Shown: piece by piece, positions 17,026-25,639 of the stretch
Layout of the letters: each line of letters starts with the position of its first letter
Position numbering within the stretch: position 1 is the stretch's first letter
Source of the DNA: Candidatus Heimdallarchaeota archaeon
GTDB lineage: Archaea; Asgardarchaeota; Heimdallarchaeia; Heimdallarchaeales; Kariarchaeaceae
Assembly: GCA_030149205.1 (NCBI GenBank)
Contig: JASBSB010000007.1
Coordinates: 1-32,000, forward strand
DNA length: 32,000 nt
Reading direction: 5' to 3'
Notes under the pieces: model-generated
Seen by the model: only the letters and a program-made list of their open reading frames with translations
Database searches by the model: none
Told to the model about the DNA's origin: nothing
Made by a program: the position numbers and the translations under genes

Positions 17026-18584
17026 AATCCAAACCTCGAGCTAATTAAATCAATTCCACGTTTAATGTGGTTGGTGTTATTCTCCAAATCGATTAAATCA
17101 TATGCCAATCTGTATCCAAGTCCTTTGTTACCTAAAACTCCGTTGTTTGTATGACGAGCTTGCATTCTCAGAGTAAATAGCATCATTTCTTGATGCTTTA
17201 AATTTTGATCAAAGGCATCGGCTATGTTGAGAGTTGTCTTCAATGGGATGAGGTATTTCTCTTTTATTTCCTCCTGTTGTGTCTTTGAAACGTTTTTGAT
17301 TTCTGCAAGTTCAGGAATTGTATTAATTATAGTTTCAAGAAATGAGTTATCCCCTATGCCATATCCTCCACTATACTCTAGTTGGTTTTCAGTGGTTTCC
17401 TTTCTTCTTGTCTTAATTGAATTCGGGGTGGTTGTGTTGAATACAACTTCAAAATCAATACCACCTTTATTTTCTGGTTTAGCCAAAACTTTAGCTGATT
17501 TCAGAAGTGAGTCTGCCAATTCTATATTTTTCATAAAAGGAACTTTTGTCTTGGTAAAAACTATTCCAGCAGATAATGTTAGATTTTCTTTTGAAAAGGT
17601 TTTGCTAAATTCATTTATGAAATTATAAGCTATAGGAAATGCCAAGGTCGCAGGTGTAATTATTCTCACATCATCACCTCCAATGTAGACCTTCCCTAAT
17701 TCTAGTCTAAGTTTGTCTTCTTGATCCTGAAGGTTTGCAATGATTGTGGTGTATATATCATTTACAGTTTTGTCAATTTTATCACTAAATGATTTTAGTT
17801 CATCCTTGGTAGACAACTTTGAGAAGAACTTCCCAAACAGGTTTCCATCCAATAAAATAATTCCAATTTTATTTTTTGATTCACTATTTTCAAAACTTCC
17901 CTCGCTAGTTTTACCTTTGATCTGATCTGATGGTATACCTGCAATAAATTGAAGTAAATTTACTTTAAGCTCTTTCAGGTTGCATTGGATCTTATTGTTA
18001 GAAATGATATCGTTTAATCTCTTTGAACCTTGATTCTTAAATGAATGACAGATTTCACACAGTTTTTTGTTCGTATAAATCAGATCAGAAGACTCCTCTG
18101 AGTCTTCATCCTCATAGGGATCAACGGTTCCTTCTCTAACATAACACGAAACACATGGAACCGTAGGGGTAATCAATTCTTTAAGTTCTAAAGTATGAAT
18201 TCTACGTTTTATCCTTCCAGCTTCAGTGAGAAGCTTTGATCTATTTTTTTGGAACTGTGTATCGTCTTGAATAGGTATTGAGTGTACCAAAAGATCTGGA
18301 TTGCTGAGCTTCCCCATAGTTGTTTTTGATCCATATAAAGCTTTGAAGAATACTTCCTTAACCTCATCTTCAGTATCTTTATTAAGATCTCCATCAATTT
18401 CTAGAATTGCATTTCCTCCACCATTGTAAACAATTTCTCCATCAAATTTTTGTTTTGTAAACTGACTTGCTTTGTAGACTGCTTGTGATAGTCTTAAGGA
18501 GACTTCACGCATTTCACCTAAATATCTTCTGTCATCTACGAATTTTTTGATTCCTCGGGTGTCTAAAAGAAGAAGATTTTTTAT
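17022..18584 (-). CDS. cas10: Cas10 lacking the HD domain, with intact Palm2 GGDD (ORF track starts at ATG 18512; ATA 18584 inferred)
   Basis: Upstream in-frame LLLLDTRGIKKFV (Palm1 strand), YNGGGNAIL, Zn finger CVSC...CEIC, IILLDGNLFGKFF, VYIGGDDVRII and LSAGIVF. About 520 aa leaves no room for an HD domain. Confidence 0.92.
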   Translation of the reverse strand: MKNLLLLDTRGIKKFVDDRRYLGEMREVSLRLSQAVYKASQFTKQKFDGEIVYNGGGNAILEIDGDLNKDTEDEVKEVFFKALYGSKTTMGKLSNPDLLVHSIPIQDDTQFQKNRSKLLTEAGRIKRRIHTLELKELITPTVPCVSCYVREGTVDPYEDEDSEESSDLIYTNKKLCEICHSFKNQGSKRLNDIISNNKIQCNLKELKVNLLQFIAGIPSDQIKGKTSEGSFENSESKNKIGIILLDGNLFGKFFSKLSTKDELKSFSDKIDKTVNDIYTTIIANLQDQEDKLRLELGKVYIGGDDVRIITPATLAFPIAYNFINEFSKTFSKENLTLSAGIVFTKTKVPFMKNIELADSLLKSAKVLAKPENKGGIDFEVVFNTTTPNSIKTRRKETTENQLEYSGGYGIGDNSFLETIINTIPELAEIKNVSKTQQEEIKEKYLIPLKTTLNIADAFDQNLKHQEMMLFTLRMQARHTNNGVLGNKGLGYRLAYDLIDLENNTNHIKRGIDLISSRFGL

Positions 18585-18717
18585 AGAAAATAACCCTCCT
18601 TATCCATATTATTTTGGGTTTATTCTTAATTTAAAAAGATTTTGCGAACTTATTAGATTTTTTCAATAAAACATTTACTCATTTTATGTTGTTTTTACGG
18701 ATATTTATTTTTGCAAA

Positions 18718-19812
18718 TCAGGATTTTATTGGCACAAGTAAATTTTGATGGATAATTCTAGGGAAGTAGAATCTGCCCAGTCCAGAGGTTCTCGCCCTTC
18801 CTACTCCAGTAAAGAATCCAAGTTTGATGAGATAACTTAGCATCTGGTGGGATGATTCATCCCTGCTGTAGAATGACACATCCCCTATCCACCCCCTGTG
18901 TATCATTTTTTTCCCAGTCTGTACCCTGATGATGTTTCCCTTTGCATACTCAACACTCACATTGTTGACATGGGGTTCAATGGTCTCTGGATCCAGCTGG
19001 GAGTTTGGCAGCCAGTTGTTCCAGATGGTGAGCAGGTTCTTCATGATGTAGCTGGGTTCGGGCCAGAAGAAGTAGCCATCCCCATTTGAGAAGGAGAGAG
19101 GTGTCTGAAAGCGAATCTTCAATGGGTTTTCAAGGGTGAGGTGGGTGATTGGAGAGGTATCCAGCGGGTGAATACCATGTGGTTCCAATCTCAGTGCATC
19201 CTTATCTGCCTCCCAATCAATGCTCATTATCTGGTTGACTGCATTGAGTATTTTGTCATCGGTGGTTGCGATATCAAAGTGAACACTGTCTCCCACATTG
19301 AGCATTGTGTCTCTTGGCGTTCGTCGGTTATTTCTGGTTCCTGTATTTCTACGATTTGTAAGTCTGCGGTTCCTTTGATTCTGAGGGTTATCCCCTGTAT
19401 TTAGAGTTGAACTGGCAGTAGGTTGGGTGGGTTCAGCCTCTCCAAATGTGCGTCCCATGGTTGAGAGGATACTGTTAATTGATGTTTTATCATCGGGGGG
19501 TGTAGGGTGAGAAGTTTCCCCATTCTCAGTGGATTCAGCTGAAGTATTATCTTTTTTATCTTGAATCTTGGTTTCATCACTGGGCCCATCTATGGTGAAC
19601 TGTGAGAGAGCGAATCGCTTGATCATGTCACTATCATGAATCTCAGTTGCCAGGTGTTTGTCTGTCTCTTTCAGTGCCTTGAAGAACATCCCTCGTACCA
19701 ATCCCCCAGAGAATCGTGGTATTGTACCAGGAGATGTCGTTTTAAAAGAGAGCCTATAAAACTTGACCTCCATTGTATCTGATGATTCATTGGACTGAAT
19801 AAACCTTATCAC
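18718..19812 (-). CDS. cas6: Cas6 endoribonuclease with a ~90-aa disordered insertion (alternative start ATG 19773)
   Basis: FSGGLVRGMFFKAL..H, RFALS, IRFQTPLSF and C-terminal LGFFTGVGRARTSGLG G-rich loop. Confidence 0.93.
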   Translation of the reverse strand: MIRFIQSNESSDTMEVKFYRLSFKTTSPGTIPRFSGGLVRGMFFKALKETDKHLATEIHDSDMIKRFALSQFTIDGPSDETKIQDKKDNTSAESTENGETSHPTPPDDKTSINSILSTMGRTFGEAEPTQPTASSTLNTGDNPQNQRNRRLTNRRNTGTRNNRRTPRDTMLNVGDSVHFDIATTDDKILNAVNQIMSIDWEADKDALRLEPHGIHPLDTSPITHLTLENPLKIRFQTPLSFSNGDGYFFWPEPSYIMKNLLTIWNNWLPNSQLDPETIEPHVNNVSVEYAKGNIIRVQTGKKMIHRGWIGDVSFYSRDESSHQMLSYLIKLGFFTGVGRARTSGLGRFYFPRIIHQNLLVPIKS

Positions 19813-19899
19813 CTAGATTCGTTTGGTTGTGGAACAAATTTAAAGCAATATATCTTAGGGTCAAGGCAAGACTTCTGTATTTCTAGGAGTTAAAAATTG

Positions 19900-20988
19900 T
19901 TACCTTGCTAAAAGTCTGCGCTTTAGGCTATCTGGAGAATGCGTCTTCACTGGGTGCTGTATTTGCACTCCTTTGGCCTGTAATGATAATTTTGCTTCTT
20001 CTGTTATGTGTTCCGGATTGATACTTAAAATTTCGAGAGATGGAAGTAGATCGAGGTGTGATTTAGAAAATTTAGAGTCAAATGGGTTATTGCTGACATT
20101 CAGGTATGATATCTTTTTAAGGTTCTTTACGTTCTCAATAACATTCTCAGGGTTCTTTAGTAGACTAAAAGATATATCCAAAAATTCCAGGTTGTCTAAC
20201 TCTGAGATAATATGAGGCAGCTCTGTGAATGGATTGAGCCCCAAACTTAGGAGTTTTAGCTTCTTTAGCTTCTTAAAAGAATCTGGTAAATCCTCGAGCT
20301 GATTTGCCGTAAGAACAAGAATCTCCAGATTCATCAGATTACCAATACGATTATCAATTTCAGATAAATTATTTGCCATTAGATTAAGCATACTTAGGTT
20401 ATTAAACTGAAATACCTCAGGAGGTATATTGGAAAGAGCATAATTTGAGAAATGAAGTGTATGTCCATTGAAATTCTGTAATTTAGATTCTATTGGTATG
20501 TTTTCAGAAGTTATGATCTGAACATAGACTAAGTCGTCTCGCCTCTCTGAGCCAGAGCTAAGACTGACTGTCTTTCCTGCTATTTTTTTTGGCATGTTCC
20601 TGAATTGTGTGGGTGATACTGTAAGCTTTTCAAGCTTTGTTAGATTTTGTATTTCTTCAGATATCTCTTCAAATGGATTATCGGTTAATGATAGGGATCG
20701 CAGATGGGGTATTTTGGTCACAGCTTTAGGAAATTCTGTGAGATTGTTATGAGAGAGGTCAAGCTCTATAAGTTGTGTGAGACTGGCTACTTCATCAGGG
20801 ATTGAATCAATTTGGTTATTAATCAAATTAAGTATTCGTAGGTGTTTAAGGCTCTCAATTGTCTTTGGAATGTGTGTCAAGAAATTGTTAGCTATACTAA
20901 GTTCTTGAAGGTCTGGATGCTTCAAGATAATTTCCTCAAATGAGGTTCTTAGTGATTCGTAAATCTTAAGAACTGTATCATCATTCAC
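19900..20988 (-). CDS. Leucine-rich repeat protein (about 12 repeats of ~23 aa in two blocks)
   Basis: Repeated LxxLxLxxNxLxxIPxxI, e.g. LRILNLINNQIDSIPDEV and LEILVLTANQLEDLPDSF. Confidence 0.95.
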   Translation of the reverse strand: MNDDTVLKIYESLRTSFEEIILKHPDLQELSIANNFLTHIPKTIESLKHLRILNLINNQIDSIPDEVASLTQLIELDLSHNNLTEFPKAVTKIPHLRSLSLTDNPFEEISEEIQNLTKLEKLTVSPTQFRNMPKKIAGKTVSLSSGSERRDDLVYVQIITSENIPIESKLQNFNGHTLHFSNYALSNIPPEVFQFNNLSMLNLMANNLSEIDNRIGNLMNLEILVLTANQLEDLPDSFKKLKKLKLLSLGLNPFTELPHIISELDNLEFLDISFSLLKNPENVIENVKNLKKISYLNVSNNPFDSKFSKSHLDLLPSLEILSINPEHITEEAKLSLQAKGVQIQHPVKTHSPDSLKRRLLAR

Positions 20989-21366
20989 ATATAATCAATA
21001 GGTATTGTAAAAGATAAATGTTTTGGGTGAAGAAAGCTTTAGAATAGGTTGAATGTTCATTTAATATACAAGTAAGGTAACTTCTGACCATTTTGGCTAT
21101 AGTTTGAGATGATTTCAAATAATAATATTTGAAACAATTAAATTATACAGGATCACAAGTAAATTTAAATAGATTGACAGTCAGTTGCTTACAAGGTTTA
21201 TGGTTTTTAATTTACATTGAAAGTTAAAATTTTAAAATTCAGACGATTATTTTAATTTCAATTAGCAATTGGATGAAATTAATCAAAATTTGCATAAAAT
21301 ATTTATGTGAGGTTATCTAAATATAAATACTGTATTTATGTAATTAAACCAAAGGGTATAGATTTT

Positions 21367-22107
21367 ATGAGTTATCAATCAAGCCAAATTGAAAAAATTG
21401 TTGATGTTTCAGAAAATGCTTTACAAAATCATGAAAACCTATCCCCTGTTGAAACGAATTATCGTGATGATGAGGTTAGGAAATTTATTGTTGACTGGTT
21501 GACTGAACACCCCTATAGAACTATTTCAATGATGCCTGATTTTATCGACCAGTTAAAGAAGTATGTTGATTCTAAGCCGAAAAAGAATAGAAAAACAGGA
21601 AACAGAAGAATCAATGACAGGGAACTATTTTCTAAGTTTATCAACAACAGAGTTAAATTAATTATTAAATTGATAAAGGAGGAGGAAGATAAAAGCAATC
21701 TAAATGAGTTTCCACCTGAATTCGATGTTTTGTTCGTTTCAGATTTGACTTATATTAATGAAGTTATGAAGAAAGAACTAAGTGAAATAGCATCAATATT
21801 AAAAAAGATCGATGTTAATTCAAGAAGGGTTACTTCGAATAAACAAGACCGTCTAGAGAAATTAATTCACAGTATTTTCCTTTCTGTATTACTGGTAATT
21901 TTAAGAAACGTTGAACTAATTATGAAAAAAGAAAGCGGGAGTCCTTTAGAACAGGCTCAAGAATTATTAGAGTGGGATATAAATGTGTTAAAGCTTTCTC
22001 GCAAGAGATTAGAGGACCTTTCAAGCACAATTCTAAAGGAAGGGAAGAATATGCTCTCTGAAGAGGATAAAGTGGAATTTAGAGAGATTTTAGCAATTTT
22101 TACATAA
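21367..22107 (+). CDS. Hypothetical alpha-helical protein (ORF track starts at 21307; ATG 21367 preferred)
   Basis: Long ORF in an AT-rich region, 1 nt upstream of the PIN-like gene. No family recognised. Confidence 0.7.
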   Translation: MSYQSSQIEKIVDVSENALQNHENLSPVETNYRDDEVRKFIVDWLTEHPYRTISMMPDFIDQLKKYVDSKPKKNRKTGNRRINDRELFSKFINNRVKLIIKLIKEEEDKSNLNEFPPEFDVLFVSDLTYINEVMKKELSEIASILKKIDVNSRRVTSNKQDRLEKLIHSIFLSVLLVILRNVELIMKKESGSPLEQAQELLEWDINVLKLSRKRLEDLSSTILKEGKNMLSEEDKVEFREILAIFT

Positions 22108-22108
22108 A

Positions 22109-22876
22109 ATGTCCTCAAAATTAAATAAGGCATTATCGCTGGACACTGTAATTTGGTTAATTCTTATTCATGAAGAACATGATTGGTTTGAGGGTATAAG
22201 TTCATTTTTAAAAAGTAAGAAAAATATTTCACACCATGTAATTTTTGACACTGTTTTAAATGAATTAAGGGTAACTGTCTCTAGGAATTGGGGAATACTA
22301 TCAAAGATAATCGAAGAGAAAATTTTGGAGATAAGAGGTAGAGAAAAAGCCATAGGGTTCAAAAAATTTACAGAGTTAGAAGATTTTCTAGAAACCAATA
22401 TTTTTCAAATCTTATCTGAGAAACAAAAGGATCAGTACAGATTTGTTAAAGAAAAAATTTGGAAGATTAACAGAGAAAAGGATGAATATAGGAAATTATT
22501 AGACGATGAGTTTAGAGTTATGTTATATTCCAAAACCAAGGTTTATTTATTAAAGGCGACAGAATTTCAGTCTTTAGAATTGTATTTAGAAGAGGAGGTA
22601 GAGGTTTTTGAATCCTTGGACACTGTTAGCGATACGATAAAAGAAAAGGAATTTAAGTATTTCAATGAGGTAAAATCACTCACACAGGGTTCACATAATC
22701 GAGGTGGTGATAATAAGTATGATAAACTTCATTTATTGTCGTGTTTTTATTATTCAGAGACAGTATTAGATATCCGCCTCTTTTTCTGCACAACTGACAA
22801 ACGCATGTTAAGAAAGAATGTGACGGACATTTTTGAGATTTTGTCACCTATTGAATTAGTTAAACTTTTAGACTAA
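22109..22876 (+). CDS. PIN-like domain protein with a helical insertion
   Basis: PIN acidic pattern: SLDTVIW, DTVLNE, YDKLHL and CTTDKRML. Confidence 0.6.
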   Translation: MSSKLNKALSLDTVIWLILIHEEHDWFEGISSFLKSKKNISHHVIFDTVLNELRVTVSRNWGILSKIIEEKILEIRGREKAIGFKKFTELEDFLETNIFQILSEKQKDQYRFVKEKIWKINREKDEYRKLLDDEFRVMLYSKTKVYLLKATEFQSLELYLEEEVEVFESLDTVSDTIKEKEFKYFNEVKSLTQGSHNRGGDNKYDKLHLLSCFYYSETVLDIRLFFCTTDKRMLRKNVTDIFEILSPIELVKLLD

Positions 22877-23276
22877 GGTTTTGAAAATTTTTATTTAAAG
22901 CAGAGTTAATTGATTAATTTTTAATCAGAATAATTCCAAGCACAATTACCACCAGATTTCTGAACAGATTTGAGATGGAAGTTAAAGTATTTGGACCTAG
23001 ATTTGGTAAAGTATTGATGTCATTAGGAACAATTGAATTAATTCTTTGACTTGGTGTGTTAAATTTTGAAGAGAAAGTTAATTGTAAACTAAATTTATTG
23101 CCCTAATATATTTGAATTATTACCATATATACAATTCTCATAATTGCTTGTCCCTGTAAATTAAGCATCAGCTCTTCATATTCTCGATCCAACTAAAAGA
23201 GGACTAATTTACCATGGATATCAGGGTTATATTTACTTTATTTGTGTTAATAGTTGATCTCATTAGGTTTTAAACG

Positions 23277-23321
23277 TTCTCGTCAAGAATTTGATCTTTC
23301 TCGTCAAGAAGTGTTTAATAT
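23277..23321 (+). promoter_or_regulatory. Tandem operator (2 x TTCTCGTCAAGAA, 21-bp period) followed by a TATA-like box
   Basis: Identical 13-mers at 23277-23289 and 23298-23310, each TTCT-N5-AGAA. TTTAATAT at 23314-23321 begins 28 nt before ATG 23342. Confidence 0.65.
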
Positions 23322-23341
23322 AACCCAGCCATATTGTACTT

Positions 23342-24934
23342 ATGGTTGATAAAGGAAACCTATCGACAGAAGAACTTACAAAGTTGTTCAAGTCCATGTC
23401 TAATCCCATTCGGGTGAGCATAATTCGTTTGCTACAGACGGGATCAATGAGTTATACCACCTTGCTGGCAAGATTGAATAATCCTGCTACAGGAACACTG
23501 AATTTTCATCTATCCAAAATGCAGGATCTGATAGTAAAGGACAAGGATGTGTATAAGTTAACACCTGTGGGAGAGCAGATGGCAGAGATGATGAACAGTT
23601 ACTCAGAGGTTAAAGTACAAAACGTGATCAATGAGACCCCAAAAAAAGACCTTTGGCAGGATTATCTCAACATTGATTACAAGTATTTGTTCCCATTGGG
23701 AATTCTTTTGTTGTTAATCCCATTCCTTGCATTCTTTACAAATCAGGTGTTAATTATAGACGCAGCTTTAGTGTTGACTTTTTATGTTTTTACGAGGTTT
23801 GTTTTGCAGAAGATCTATCTTGAGGATAACCATGGTTCTGTTGCATTGTTATCTGTTTTCTCTATGTTTGCTGTTTGGTTGTTTTTTAACTCGGTTACTG
23901 TGGGATTTTATATCTACTTTTACCTCACCGTTTTACAGTTGTTTCAGTCACAAAACCCATACTCAATATTAACCTCAACCTTCCCTTTATACCAGGGCAA
24001 TAATATCCAATTGTCTTTGAACGACCTCTTCTACCTTGCTGTAAAGAGTAGGATCTTTGAATTTAATTTAGCAATTATTCTGGGAATTTCGATTGGAATC
24101 TTCTATTCTTATTATTTATTTGGAGAAGCTCCCCCTTTGTCAAATCTAAGGATCAAAGAGGGAGATGAGAACATCAGTGTCATGAGGTCGAAAAGCAGAC
24201 GTTCAGACGTCGTAGGCACATTGATCATAAGCCTGTCCATCCTGATGATAAATGTGCTTACCTTTATTTTTATCTTTTCCCAAATTATTAGAGTTGATAA
24301 TAAATTTTCAGAGCAAGTATTGGTTGTATCAAGTGTTTTACTCCCTTTAATACTGTTCTCGATTGAGGTGCTATTGATAAAACTAATTGTTGAAAGGGTG
24401 GATTCGGTGAGGACTGTAATGCAAGGAGTTGCAAGCTCAAAATGGTTAACTCTGGTTATTGTTTTAGATCAGATTTTTATTTATTCCGTCTTCTTCCTGT
24501 TTAGTGATTATTCAAGACCAGACAGTTTAAATCAGGGAGTTGTATTAAGTTTTAATAATAATTCACTATATTGGATGACTGCAGTCTTTGAATGTCTCAC
24601 TTTGGTAAAATCCATTGGACTATATTCCTTGTTCTCAGTACCTGCTCCAGTTAAGAGGGCAAAGTTATTTACTCTGATGTTTTTGGGTGTTCTTGGGTCA
24701 TACAATTTAATGTTTTATCCAGATTTTTTGATTTTTACTTTTATTCCACTCTTCTTGATGATTTATGTATTTTTAATACAACCTTTTGAAAAACATGATA
24801 CGATTAAGAGAGTCGCCATAGTTATTCTTATGCTGGTTGTTGTTTTATTAGGAATTGATTTATTTCCAATTCTACCCTTTTATTCAATGTTTGTAATTTT
24901 AGGTGGTATAATTTTTCTTATATTCTCCTTCTAA
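23342..24934 (+). CDS. ArsR-type winged-HTH fused to a multi-pass membrane domain
   Basis: LFKSMSNPIRVSIIRLL...TLNFHLSKMQDLIVK...YKLTPVG is an ArsR/wHTH pattern, followed by roughly ten or more hydrophobic segments. Confidence 0.85.
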   Translation: MVDKGNLSTEELTKLFKSMSNPIRVSIIRLLQTGSMSYTTLLARLNNPATGTLNFHLSKMQDLIVKDKDVYKLTPVGEQMAEMMNSYSEVKVQNVINETPKKDLWQDYLNIDYKYLFPLGILLLLIPFLAFFTNQVLIIDAALVLTFYVFTRFVLQKIYLEDNHGSVALLSVFSMFAVWLFFNSVTVGFYIYFYLTVLQLFQSQNPYSILTSTFPLYQGNNIQLSLNDLFYLAVKSRIFEFNLAIILGISIGIFYSYYLFGEAPPLSNLRIKEGDENISVMRSKSRRSDVVGTLIISLSILMINVLTFIFIFSQIIRVDNKFSEQVLVVSSVLLPLILFSIEVLLIKLIVERVDSVRTVMQGVASSKWLTLVIVLDQIFIYSVFFLFSDYSRPDSLNQGVVLSFNNNSLYWMTAVFECLTLVKSIGLYSLFSVPAPVKRAKLFTLMFLGVLGSYNLMFYPDFLIFTFIPLFLMIYVFLIQPFEKHDTIKRVAIVILMLVVVLLGIDLFPILPFYSMFVILGGIIFLIFSF

Positions 24935-25093
24935 AAATAAACAAATTAAGATCGTTTATTTAATATTAAAGATTAGAATGATCCTACATTAAAGATAAGA
25001 TTTTGATTCCCCTGATATCCATTGTATAATTACATATAGTTTCCATTTATAAATATAAATGTTAGTTGAAGACTTTAATAATGGCGTTATCCT

Positions 25094-25594
25094 TTGAAAT
25101 CTATGGTTGATTTGATTGCTGAAAATAATCAAATTATCTATGTAATTGACACAAGTGCCTTAATTTATCTTCAAAGACATAATCCCATCAAAATTATTCT
25201 ATATAGCCAAATTTGGAACCATATTGAAAATTTAATTGCTAATCAAACCCTGGTTTCACCAGTTCATGTAAAATTTGAATTAGAGCGAGGAGATGATGAG
25301 CTATATAACTGGATTAAAAAATATAAAAATTTTTTTAAGGATTTTAGTGAGTTATATTCCTTTGCAAAACTGGTTATTGATGATTATTGGCAAATAGGTT
25401 CTTCTACAAAAACTTATCATGCAGACCCTTATATTATAGGTTTAGCAAAATACTATTTTGAAGTTTATGGAATACAATCAAAAATTGTGACCGAAGAAAA
25501 TTCTTCAAATGAGGGTAAAATTCCCTGGGTGGCAAAAAGACATGGGATTGAATCCCTAAAGTTCATAAAATTTCTAGAGGAGGTTTCACCTTAA
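25094..25594 (+). CDS. DUF4411-family PIN-domain protein
   Basis: YVIDTSALI, V.FELERGDDELYNWIK, HADPYIIGLAK, IVTEE and KIPWVAKRHGI are typical DUF4411 motifs. Confidence 0.85.
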   Translation: MKSMVDLIAENNQIIYVIDTSALIYLQRHNPIKIILYSQIWNHIENLIANQTLVSPVHVKFELERGDDELYNWIKKYKNFFKDFSELYSFAKLVIDDYWQIGSSTKTYHADPYIIGLAKYYFEVYGIQSKIVTEENSSNEGKIPWVAKRHGIESLKFIKFLEEVSP

Positions 25595-25639
25595 TGCAAG
25601 AAAAAAGAAATGTTTACATAAGCTTAGGAGATATTTATT

